Shown: one piece after another, positions 9,672 to 21,200 of the stretch
Layout of the letters: the number at the start of each line of letters is the position of its first letter
Numbering within the stretch: the stretch's first letter is position 1
Virus record (IMG/VR): IMGVR_UViG_3300047565_000101
Span: 32,001 to 96,000 of that record
Source: a virus
Taxonomy: Duplodnaviria > Caudoviricetes
Length of the DNA: 64,000 nt
Direction: 5' to 3' (one strand)
Notes under the pieces: generated by a model
The model's input: the letters and a program-made list of their open reading frames with translations, nothing else
The model's database searches: none
What the model was told of the DNA's origin: nothing
Made by a program: the position numbers and the translations under genes

Positions 9672-10604
9672 TTAGAACCCCAGCTCTAGCCTATACTCTA
9701 CATCTACTTGACGACCAGCCTGCTTTGTTAATACTGTAGACAAAACAGATCTACTTATTATTCCAAATGCTGGGTCAAATGTGTCCTCATCATTAATTCT
9801 AATTCCATCAAATCCAACAGAAGTCGTTCCGCCAGACTCTTCTATTTCTATCTTTAATTTAGATATTGTTGATTTGTCTGGTGTTCCATACGCAACAAGA
9901 TCTCCAATTGAAGCAGATGCTAGCTTATATCCAGTGCCAGAAGGAACCGTAAAGTCTAGAGTGTATCCATTTCCAGTTGATGTCTCAAAGTATAAAGTTA
10001 TTGCGGAAACGTAAGCATCATTCTTATAAAAAGCAATTGTTGCAGTATCATTTGCGCTGTATCCAGAGATATCTAATGTAGTGTTATAGGTATAGACATC
10101 TGCAGCCATTGTTGCCAGGCTATCTCCGATCTTTGCATTTGATGTAGTTAGAGTAGCAGTGTTTCCAACGCTATCCGTCCAATCAATTACATTATCAAAG
10201 TCTGCTAGGAACTTGCTATCATAGTTATTTGTTGTGGTTCTTACTGCTGGGTATAGACCGACTTCTGATATGACACCAGCCACATCCTGCGGAAGCGTTG
10301 TCTTATATACAACGGAATATGTAGTTGTATCATCAACTGTTCGTATGTCTGTGCTTCCAAATTCAATTGGGAGTCTATAGAATTCAAATCCTAACCTCGT
10401 ATCATTTTCTGTTGCGGTAGTTGGGTCTACTCCAAATGCTAGGTCTTTTCCTAGATTAGCGATATTGCCAGCTACAAAATTAGTTAAATATCTTTTACCA
10501 AACTTAGTAATTACATTTGGTGAGCGATAGATTTCTTTGCCATCTTCATAAAATATATATGTACCTTTAATCATATTAAGCAAACGGATTGTAAATCCTT
10601 GCAT
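9672..10604 (-). CDS. minor tail / baseplate protein (start probably near 10574)
   Basis: NVITKFG...ISEVGLY tail-collar-like motifs; position. Confidence 0.6.
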   Translation of the reverse strand: MQGFTIRLLNMIKGTYIFYEDGKEIYRSPNVITKFGKRYLTNFVAGNIANLGKDLAFGVDPTTATENDTRLGFEFYRLPIEFGSTDIRTVDDTTTYSVVYKTTLPQDVAGVISEVGLYPAVRTTTNNYDSKFLADFDNVIDWTDSVGNTATLTTSNAKIGDSLATMAADVYTYNTTLDISGYSANDTATIAFYKNDAYVSAITLYFETSTGNGYTLDFTVPSGTGYKLASASIGDLVAYGTPDKSTISKLKIEIEESGGTTSVGFDGIRINDEDTFDPAFGIISRSVLSTVLTKQAGRQVDVEYRLELGF

Positions 10605-11013
10605 CCACCCCCACTACATTTTCTGGAAAAGAAAACGAATTTCTTACCTTAATTACTGCTTTAGCCTTGCTGTTTCCAAGAGTATCCTTATATTGAGTAA
10701 CTACAATGCTCTCAATATCGGAAAGATCTGGCGTATCGGTTCTAGTTAAATATTCAGAAATATCCGACTCAGTAATTGTAGCATCTGTTTTGCTGGAAGG
10801 CAATCCTGGAGCTACTAAACTTGTTGGGCTAGAGAGGGATGACGATATTGGATAGGATGGCTCTGGCTGTCCTGCTACCTGGTTAGCATCTACAATTAGG
10901 ACCTTACTAGGATCCATCCATATTGATAGCCTACTGTCCTTTTTGATAATAGGCTTAGCAGCTTGAACAACTCTCGCTGCTGGTATTCTCTTATTATCTA
11001 TATTCTCTAGCAT
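10576..11013 (-). CDS. hypothetical virion protein
   Basis: Leaderless ORF in the tail module. Confidence 0.55.
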   Translation of the reverse strand: MLENIDNKRIPAARVVQAAKPIIKKDSRLSIWMDPSKVLIVDANQVAGQPEPSYPISSSLSSPTSLVAPGLPSSKTDATITESDISEYLTRTDTPDLSDIESIVVTQYKDTLGNSKAKAVIKVRNSFSFPENVVGVDARIYNPFA

Positions 11014-11037
11014 CTTATCATTATATCATTTACAGAA

Positions 11038-12731
11038 CTAAAGTGTTCTGCAAACAATACTTGTCTCCAATCCATCCTGATAGGAGTGTGATATTTCAGT
11101 AATTATAAACTTTGCAGTCTCAGAAATTCCTTGGTATGAATACTTAATTGAAATCATGTCTCCGACTGAAAGTAATGGGTTTCCAAATGTTGAAAATGAA
11201 ACAAGCTTGCTTTTATTAATGACAACAGACTTTATCCAATTTGCTAGATTTTTGACATCTGGCTCTGTTTGAAGCCACTGTGACTCAAATATAACTGGCT
11301 CTTGATTTGAAAAATCTGACTCTTCATCTGTTTTATATACTAGAGTTCCAGAATCTCCAATGCTATTGCCAAATACCATCAGCATATTTGTTCCGTTATC
11401 AGCAAGTGGCACAGTTGTAGAAGTATTATTTAGAATAAAAGCCTCTGCTCCAAAACTTGAAAGCTTTGATCCAATTATATTAACTGCATCATTTTCTCCA
11501 GATGACCAACCAATAGGGAACGAAGGATTTTCAAATCTTTGCTTAACATATGCAATTTCTCTAACCACTGATCCAAATTCTTCAACGACCTTCTTAGTCT
11601 TATATGTTGATATTGCGTCAGATGCGTTATTTGAGTTATACATCAAATTCCCGTAGGCTGTATCTAGTAGATCATTTGAGAACTGGCCCTTATAAAGATT
11701 AATATCTACATCTGTGGACAGGTATCTTGCTTCATCTATAGATGCTGCATAAACATAATCAAATGCCACCTTGCCCTTGATGGACATAACTCCAATTGCT
11801 TGAGTTGGTGCTATTATTGAATTTAGTGGCTCGCCTGCAGTGTATGAATTTGTGTCAGACGCTATTATCTTAAATCCATTAATAAATACTGTTATATTAA
11901 CTGCATCTCCACTGACCTTTACTTTAATATCTAGGTTATACGTGTTCCCGCCGTAAATTCCGTCAAAGATGTTTGCCTTGGCTGTCTGTGTGTCAGCTAA
12001 AACCTTAAGTCCAGAAGTAGTGGACTTGACTATGCGGACCGACTTTCTTCCTTGAGCACCAGATGATGCTGTGCTTTCTACAATTACATAGTAGCCAGAC
12101 TTACCTTCATTTGATAAAAAGAATCCTAGGCCTCCAGATTGGCTTGTTTCATTTTGGGCATTGTTCATAAATATACTTGTGCCAAATGTATAATAAGCAG
12201 GAGTATATGATTTAAGTATAGCCTGAGCCCATGTTGGGGCTGAGATAGAGGACTGTGTTGATGTCGTAGTATTTACTCCATCGAAGGATTTATAAGCCAC
12301 AGCAAATTCATTCTTTTTTCCGCCAGGATATGCTATCTCAAAATATGACTTAGCGCTAGTTAATTTTTGAGGATCAATACCACTTGATATAACAGTTCCG
12401 CCAAGAGATGTTGAGGATAGCTTATATTGCAATATGGTCTGGCTGTTTCCAAGCTGGCTTCCATTCTTGCCCTGTATTTTAAAGTTGTATATGCCGCCCG
12501 CTACAAGGCCCGTCACAGCCACTGGAAGGGCCGTAGCGTTGACTGTAATGGCAGAGCCTATGTTTGTACCAGAAGAATTAACCTGCTGGGCTGTAACCAC
12601 GTAGGCGGGTGCATCAACGGTAGCCATAAGCTTAACACTAGTTAAAGAATCTTGCTCATAAACAAATGCTGGTCCATCTGGATTATACGTTGAGTAATTT
12701 CCATCTTCGCCTGTTTCTACGATTATTGTCA
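11038..12731 (-). CDS. tail tip / hub protein
   Basis: C-terminal GNPLLSVGDMI...ITEISH typical of tail hub proteins; ATGA overlap with the upstream gene. Confidence 0.65.
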
Positions 12732-14759
12732 TGTCCAGCTTACCGTCCTTCCGTACCATCCATCCAGCTTATATACCGCTGGATCATGCTTTACCGCAGT
12801 GGTTCCAAGAGCACCTCTTGTTTTAATTAAATATCTACCACTAGGTTTAAAATAAGATGACCCAATTGGGTCGTCTGGGTTAGAAAAACCTGGCTTAGAT
12901 AAAGCTAAATACTTATTTGCATCTGCCATGCTCTTTAAGAACTGATGGGTCACTGTGCCGTCAAGCAAAACAATATCGTATCCAATTCCATCATACTCGA
13001 TAATCTCAGAATCAACTAATATGTATCCAGCATAATTAAAGAATTGAAGCTGAGAGCTGTAAGCATCCAGGGAGAATATATCTATAACAAACTCTGTGCT
13101 GTTTAATTCAATGGCATTCTTGAGAGATCCTGCGCTCAGATAGTTTACAGGTGATGTCCATAGGTCAGATGAGCTTTGTGTATAATTAGATACAATTGGT
13201 GTGTGCCATAATACCTGTACACTATTTGCAGATGCAATATCTTTCTTTGCAAAATCAGCAATATTTGGAAGGGTATCTCCATCTTGATCATATGTAAATG
13301 TCCAGACAGAAGATCTTCCGTCCTTATCATATAAATAGTCTCTGCTGTAGAACTGGAGGACATTGTATTCATCCATTACAGCATTCATTTGTATGTCTCT
13401 ACATAAAGCTTGAATAGCTTCCCATGCTGTGGTTCTATTGTCCGTCCACCAATATATAATTTGTGGAACAGATGTATCATTTGCCTTCAAGTTAAATTTA
13501 TAGTTTGTAAATCCAACGGAGTCTAGTAGATTTCTAAGAATCGCTGTTACTGGAAACTTCTCGCAAAGCAAATCTGGGCACAGGGTATCCATCAAATATT
13601 TTGTAGAATCGAGTCCAGTTACTCTTGTGTATCCATGCTCATCAATAGTAAAGGAGTCTGCATAGTAAACTCCATGTGGTGTAATATCATACTTAGATCC
13701 AGTTGACCCAAGGGCTCCATTTTCATGGTATGTCTTGATATAAGGAACAATCTCAGCATTCTTTGTCATGTAAATTAAAGAAGAGTCAAATGATGTGCTT
13801 TCTCTATTATATTCAATTATTTGTAATGCAGACTGATCGTACTTTGCTAATCCAATTTGAAGAGAGTTTGATGTAACCTTTCCAACTGGCAAGATATCTT
13901 CCGATGAAGAAGAAGATTCCTTTTTAACTGAGAATGATGCTATGTCGGAAGAAATATCCTTTATCCATCTAGCGGATATCTCTATAACTCCTACATACTT
14001 TCCTCCGCCTGGATTCGTAGCGGTAACACGAATTGACTTAATGGAAAGAGGTATATCAAAAGATAGGGTATTTTGATTTACCTCTGCACCGTCTACTGCA
14101 GTCCATGATCCACCAGATAAATATATATAAGCATACCCACTAGTTGGTGGGGTGCCAGCATTAACAACTGTTACAGTTGAGTTATCTGATTTTGTAATAA
14201 CTACTGTATACGCAGAAGGTAATGCGTGAAACTTTTCAAACTTGACTATAATCTTATTTACAAGAGCTTCTTTATTGCCAGCAGGAATATCTCCAGTCTT
14301 GCCAGCATTTGACCATGTTGTTGAAGTTTGCTTGTATTGTACAGTTAGATCTATATTTGTATCTTTTGCGCCAATCCAATATTTATAATTAACGCTTATT
14401 CCTGGGTAGTACACTCTAGCTTTTGAGTCCGATCTGCTTGATCCAAAATAATCAACAGTTCTATATGGAGTGTATGACGCTGTGTCAGTTGAAGACATAA
14501 CATAATATTTAGCACCAGAATAAACTGGTCTAAATGGCTTTACGATTGAATCTACTGGGAATAGCTTCTTGAATGGATTAGCGGTGCCTGTTGGCCAATC
14601 TGTAATCTTGCTAATATATGTGCTATCTGATGTTGCTGACGTTACTGTAATCCCGTCTATAATTGAATTCATATTTAATTCTAGGGTGCAGCCAAGGGAA
14701 GTCTTTACAGTTGTTTCATTCTTATAGATATTCTTAAGATTATCAGAGGAGGTTAGCAT
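12729..14759 (-). CDS. minor tail protein (Tal/hub-like)
   Basis: Second gene after the tape measure; TAWEAIQALC motif. Confidence 0.65.
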   Translation of the reverse strand: MLTSSDNLKNIYKNETTVKTSLGCTLELNMNSIIDGITVTSATSDSTYISKITDWPTGTANPFKKLFPVDSIVKPFRPVYSGAKYYVMSSTDTASYTPYRTVDYFGSSRSDSKARVYYPGISVNYKYWIGAKDTNIDLTVQYKQTSTTWSNAGKTGDIPAGNKEALVNKIIVKFEKFHALPSAYTVVITKSDNSTVTVVNAGTPPTSGYAYIYLSGGSWTAVDGAEVNQNTLSFDIPLSIKSIRVTATNPGGGKYVGVIEISARWIKDISSDIASFSVKKESSSSSEDILPVGKVTSNSLQIGLAKYDQSALQIIEYNRESTSFDSSLIYMTKNAEIVPYIKTYHENGALGSTGSKYDITPHGVYYADSFTIDEHGYTRVTGLDSTKYLMDTLCPDLLCEKFPVTAILRNLLDSVGFTNYKFNLKANDTSVPQIIYWWTDNRTTAWEAIQALCRDIQMNAVMDEYNVLQFYSRDYLYDKDGRSSVWTFTYDQDGDTLPNIADFAKKDIASANSVQVLWHTPIVSNYTQSSSDLWTSPVNYLSAGSLKNAIELNSTEFVIDIFSLDAYSSQLQFFNYAGYILVDSEIIEYDGIGYDIVLLDGTVTHQFLKSMADANKYLALSKPGFSNPDDPIGSSYFKPSGRYLIKTRGALGTTAVKHDPAVYKLDGWYGRTVSWT

Positions 14760-15232
14760 TATACCTCTTCCAATGACATTGACACATTATAGTGAGCTTG
14801 AACTCCACGCTTTTGAAGTACGGAATTAAATGATGTGAATACAACATTGTACTCTTCGTATCCCGAAGACTCCTGATTTGTTCCGTCTTTTGCGTAGTTT
14901 ATTCTAATTCGGAAAGAATCTCTTCCTTCTGTACTCTTATAAAATGTTTTTAAATCTTCCGCTCCCCAATATCCATCTACAGTAAATTCTCTGTATGCTG
15001 GAAGTAGATCCCAAGAAACATCAAAGACAGCCTTATCAGCTACAAAATGCTTTCTTAGTGTTCCATTTGACATTCTTTGTGCATTTTCAATACGGTTATT
15101 ACCCTCAGTAAACTCTGATCTATTATGCTCTGAAACCTTATTAAACTGAAGGGTTGTTACAGGTGGGTTAGCCAATGGATCCTTTGCCTCGATTTGAAGC
15201 AATGTTCCTTTAGGTAGCGTTAAATAGCTCAT
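14759..15232 (-). CDS. distal tail protein-like
   Basis: Immediately after the tape measure; RMSNGTLR motif. Confidence 0.6.
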   Translation of the reverse strand: MSYLTLPKGTLLQIEAKDPLANPPVTTLQFNKVSEHNRSEFTEGNNRIENAQRMSNGTLRKHFVADKAVFDVSWDLLPAYREFTVDGYWGAEDLKTFYKSTEGRDSFRIRINYAKDGTNQESSGYEEYNVVFTSFNSVLQKRGVQAHYNVSMSLEEV

Positions 15233-18200
15233 ATTCTCTTGACCCCAGGCTTTCCTTCTGCTGCAAAATTAACATCCTTGATATTCTTCATAGCAGTAAT
15301 TGTCTTTCTTGTCACAACCTCAGAAAGCTGCTCCATGTTCATATCTGTTCCGCTAATATTATTTATAATTGTTATTCCACCCATTTTACCATTTGATGAA
15401 TTATTAGCAAGGCTTACTGAGTTAGATGCTAAATTATACATTGGCATATTAAACTTATGGGTTGGAATTATGTCGGCTGTCTGATTAAACTTAATAATCT
15501 CTGGGCCATTCTCTCCTACAAGGGCAACTGTTCCAGCCATTCCACGCATGCCGTTCCACCCCTTTGCCTTAGGAGTCATGCCCTTCTTTAATGTTTTTCC
15601 AGGCTCTTGATCTGTTCTATATCTAACACCAGTATTTGTTACAACATACTCTATTCCATTTTGTGTAACAAGTCTGTTTGCGATAGCCTTTGTTTCAACC
15701 TGTCCAGTTGTTGCAGATACGGTTGTAGTAGTAGTCTTTGGGCCATCTGTAACCTTTTTCCCAGTAAATGTTTCAACTGCTAATGTAAACGCATCTACTG
15801 CTTTATCAAACTTTGTTCCAGCCTTTGCGAGAGTCAAAGTTTCACTAGAAAGATCTGAGAATATTCTTTGGTATGGCTTACCCATATCATTTAAGTCGGA
15901 AGGACCTGGTGCAGACTTTAATCCACCAGGAGAATATTTCTTTTCCATTTCCATTGCTGCTGCCTTAAGGCTAGCATTCGAGCTAGACTTTGCATTGTTT
16001 AATACAGCTGCAATTTCTTTTCCAGCTTCCGCTGTGTACTTACCGCCATGCTTTGCAATTATAGAAGCTAGCTCGCTTGAAAGAGCTTCGGCCTCAGCTG
16101 CTACAGCTGCCTTATTTTCTGATGCGCTTTGTGAGGATGCAACTGCTTTTGCTACTGAGTCTTTCTGATCTTGTAGTCTTTGAATCTGATCCTCAAGCTT
16201 CTTAATATCTGCGTCGTACTTATCGTTAATAGACTGACGAGCGAGCTCTCTTTGTCTATCGGCAGAAAGCTGTTCTATTGAAAGCTTTTCTTGTGCAGCT
16301 TGAGCCAAGTTACCAGTAGCGAGTGCTTGCTGATATCTAATTTGAGCTTGCTTAACCTGTGTTTCAAAATTTTGTGACTTCTCTTGAATATCAAGTATTT
16401 CAAGTCTCTTGTCTCTTTCTTCCTCAAGCTTATCAATTAATTTCTGCTTAGCCTTAATCTGATCATCAATTGATTGTGAGTCCTGCTTAGCTGCATTATT
16501 TGCAGCCTTTGCAGCCTTATCAGCAGCAGCTCTTGCAGCAACAGCAACCTTTCCGATTGATGTCTGCTTATTAATAACTTTAGTAGCAGACTCACTAACT
16601 CTTTCATATCCAGCAGCAACATCAACAGCCTGATCTGGTGTGAGTAGCCCTATATCAACTGTTGTGCTTAATCCACTTAAGTAAAGTCTATACTTTGCAA
16701 ATACACTTAGAATTGTCTCTGCATTTCCAAGCATTGAACCAAGTGCTAGGTCTTGGCTCTTAAGCAATGTCAATGTATTTTGATCCATTGGAAGAGTAGC
16801 TGTTTTTGTTGCCTTTAACTTTTCAAAAGTTAGCTCTAATGACTTTGCCTGATCAACAACTTGTCCATCAACCTTAGTTCCTACAAGAGACTGTCTATAT
16901 GACTCAAAGCTACTAATTACATTATCTAGTCCACGCTGAAACTCTTCCGCATTAAATGTTTGTGGGTCTGAGAGCTGCTTTCCAAGCAATGACAATGAGT
17001 GTGTGGCAGCGCTTGACTTATCTATGATGGACTTAAATCCCTTTGATGATATGGCTGAGAATGCTTGGTTTGCCTTATCTGAGGCTGAAATAATTGTATA
17101 AATCTTATTTGTAGCTTCTTGAACGCTCATGCCCATTGCAACAAACTGAGCCTTCATTGAAGATGCTAAATCTACAACCTTGCTATCGTCTGCCTTATTA
17201 AAGATTGATACTGTTTCTTTTGCATTTTTCTTAGCAGATGCAATGCCTTCTTTAAGCTCCTTGATTGTTAAAGTTAATCCAGATACTCCAGAGCCACTGA
17301 ATGAATCGTAAGCTGTCTCAACCTTTGCCTTGCTTAGCTCAAGCTGCTTATTCATTTCCTTAATCTTATCTGATATACTTACATACTTTAAGCCAACTTC
17401 AGCAAGGGCTGACTTTGTTCCTCCGTACATTGCACGATTTACTTCACCTGCATCTTCTGCGCTCTTTCTCCACATTTGAAGACCCTTAACCATCATGAAT
17501 AAGGATCCGATAACAGCTCCTGGTATTGTTAGCCTACCGAGTATTGATGCAACCTTAGTTAAAGTAGGTAAGAATCCTCCAACCATCTTAAGTCCTGATA
17601 GCATTGGAAGAATATTAGAGGCAATCATAATTGCTGTTCCAGCACCACCACCGACTGCCTGGCCAGCTGCCATTCCAGCCATTCCAATTCCCATTTGAGT
17701 GCCTAGACCCATAGTAGGAAGGCCGTTACCAAACATGCTCTTACCATATGAATTTTTTAGACCAGCTCTATAAGCTCCAACTGCTCCACCAGCATTGTAA
17801 CCAGGAACCATTCCACCCTTATTTAGATGAATCATTCCTCCACGATTTCTCATGGCTCTTGAACCAGTTTTTCTAATAGCTGCGCCTATTGGATCAAAAC
17901 CAAGCTGCAATGACTTAAGAAGTCCGAATGAGCCACCTCTTCTTACGAGTGGCATTCCTACGTTTGTTTTTCTTCCAGCATGTGGTAAGAACTTATCTGG
18001 GAACTTAGAAGTATTTGGATTTCTATCCACTAGCTGTAATTCATCTATTGGAATATGAGCATAACTTAACTTCTTGCCATCTCTTTGTCCAGCTGGAACA
18101 GCTTGTCTTTGTGTTTCATAAGACAATCCATGCTCATTGGAGGTTATTGCTCTAGTAGCCTCATGTCTTATTTTAAATGGCTTCTGACCAGGAACCTTGA

Positions 18201-21200
18201 CTATAATATTATTTTCATTCTTTGGATCAGCAGCAAACTCTATTTCTTTTCCATACTTAGATGAAAGAGTAGATATTAGTGCACTTCTTCTTTGATCAAT
18301 TGTTCCTTCTCCAGGGAATGAGAATCTCATTGCACCAGTGCTGGCTAGTACCTTTATTGCATCTTTAGATAGGCCCGCCTTTAAGTAAGCTGCAGTTAAA
18401 TGCTTTCCAAATTGCATTTCAGTCAAAGGATCTTGAGGGTTGCCGATTGAAGATGACAATGAGCTTAATATAATGCTCTTTTGATCATCAGTGATTGATC
18501 CATAGCCAGCTTTACTCATTAACCTACTAGCCATATCAAAGGCACCTGGCTGAGAGAATTCAGACAAGAATGCTGCTCCAGGTATTCCTCTTCCACCACG
18601 TGTTGTTAAATTAGATTGACCATGCATCATTGGGTATACAGAATTCTGTAACATTGGGATGCTAATTCCTGCATGCTCCAAGAGAGCCATTACCTTATAT
18701 TGCTCGCCTCTGCCTAGCTTAGATGCATTGTTTAGTGCATCATAAACGCTTGTGTTATCCTTCTTTATAGCACCATTAGAACCAATATTATATCCTGGTC
18801 CAGTAGAGCCAGAACCATTAATTGCTTGAAGCAATGGCAGGTTAGCTCTTGTTGATTTAGCATTTACAACAAACTCTCCAGGAGTAAGCATAGCTGGAAC
18901 AACATCTGCATTTACATTTGGGCCTGGAACAATGTTGCCATCATTTAGTGTATAGACATATCCACCACTATTCAATCTCTTTGGCTTAGTTGTTTCGATA
19001 CTATAACCACCACCAGAAGTTCTAACGCCAAGAGCTCCTGCAATTTTATTAACTAAAGTAGAAGTAGAGGACTTATGGAAAAGCTCCTTCATATTTGACT
19101 TTCCAGTCTTTGGATCAATAACTGGCTGTGATGTCAATGGAACTGTTGTGAGATTTGCCACTCTTCCTTGAGAAATTGCTACAGCTTGTGTTGTTTCAAC
19201 AATCATTTTTTCTACAGCTATATTTAAATCAATAATCTTTTGTCTTGCGACATCAACCTTTATTTTGCCTGCCTGTAGATCTGCGACAATAAGAGATGCT
19301 TCTTGTGCAGCACCAGTTGTAATGTTAGTAATCTGTGGAAGAAGTGCTTGATAAGAAGCTGAGAGCTCTGATGTAATGGCACCAGTTGAAGCAACCTCCT
19401 TCTTAAGAACTGCAATTTCTTCCTTTGACTGCATTGCTAGGGCACCAGTCATAGAGTGCCACTTTGCAGCTTCCGCTGCAACTACTCCAACCGACTTGCC
19501 CTTTCTAGCTGTGACATTCTCAAATAAAGGCATGTCATCATTCATATAAACCTGCGGTGTTGCACCAAGATTTCTATTCAATGGAATTGGATTTGGGACC
19601 ATTCCGAATATAGTCTGATTCATCTTCTGCTGTTCTGTCATTCCAGAAACAGGGTTCATGTGTGCGCTTGCTCTACTTCCAGCTGGACCAATTAATGGGT
19701 GCTCTGGGTTAGCAACTCTTGATGCGCCTTGAATAATTGTATTACCTTGTACTGTAGATATAGTTGGCTGTACTGATACGCTACCAGATGCGGCTTTTTG
19801 CTGAAGGATTGTTAACTGATCATTTACACCCTGAAGAGCTGCCTTGAGAGCAAGTGCTGCCTCTGCATCGCTATAGAATGTCTTCTCAATTAAATCTCCA
19901 GCCTTTTGAGCTGCTACCATCTCTGGTGTTAATAATTTAAATCCTTCTCCACCCTTAAAGAGTGCCTTGAAGTGACCAATTCCCTTGATAATATATCCAA
20001 AGAAGTTTGCAAACACACCAGTTAACATAATAAGTGGACCAGCTAAAGCTGTAAATCCACCAATAATTGTAATAATATTTTTAAGAGGCTCAGGCATCTT
20101 ATTAATAAAGTCTAATACCTTATTAACAACTCCGATAATACTTGTTCCAATAGTAAGGAACTTATCTCCAACTTCCGCCATGTTTGCCTTGAGCGTTTCT
20201 AATGCTCTTGCATACTTACCTGCTGCCGACTCTGTTACTTGCGCTAATTCTCCAGTTGCTATCTGCTGAAGATCTGCTGAGCTTGCCTTCATCAAATCAA
20301 GAACCTGAAGTGTCTGGCTTCCTTGCTTTCCAAGATTCTCAAACAATGCGTTCATTCTTGAGAACTGGAACTTACCAAATAGCTGCTCAATAGCCTGCTG
20401 CTTTTGAAGCGGATTAAGCTTATCTAGTGCCCCCTGTAAATCTAATAATGTCTGCGTTACATTGCCAGCATTATTATTTACAATTCCAAGCAAGTCTATT
20501 CCAAAGCTCTTGAATTGTCCTACTGCAACCTTAGTTGGGTTAATGAGAGAAGCAAGACCAGACTTTAATGCGTTTGCACCTTCTGTTGCATTGATTCCGC
20601 CTTCACGCATTGCTGTTAGGTATAAAGCTAAGTCTTTTACATCTCCGCCAAGACCCTTTACTACTGGGCCAGCTTTTGGAATCGCTTCAACTAAGTCAGA
20701 AAGGCTTGTTGAGGTTTGGTTTTCAACTGCGTTAAGAAAGTTAATTGATTGAGAAAGCTCTTCTGTATTTTGCTTAAATGCGCTTTGAATAGCAAGAGTT
20801 GCCTTCATAGCCTCTTGCCTATCAACTTCACCAAGTACTGAAAGTCTAGTTGTTTCTTCTACCGATCTAAGTAGTTCATTTCCAGTCTTACCAGTTGCTG
20901 CAATATCTGCTGCAAGAGCAATAGTATCTTTAAATGAAACGCCCATTGATGCAGAAAGCTCTTTAGCTGTCTGAGATACATCGTCTCTAACCTTCTGAAG
21001 GTTTGTCGAGGAAGTCTTTGAAAGATCTCCGTAAACCTTAGTGAGTCTTGTTAATTCTTTATCTACTTCTCTAAATGCCTTTGCAGCTGCCATTCCGAAG
21101 CCAGCAATTGGCACAGTAAGTCCAACTGTAAGCTGTCTACCAGCCCACTGAGTATTCTTACCCCAGTTAATTAATTGAACTCCGCCATCTTGCACAACCT

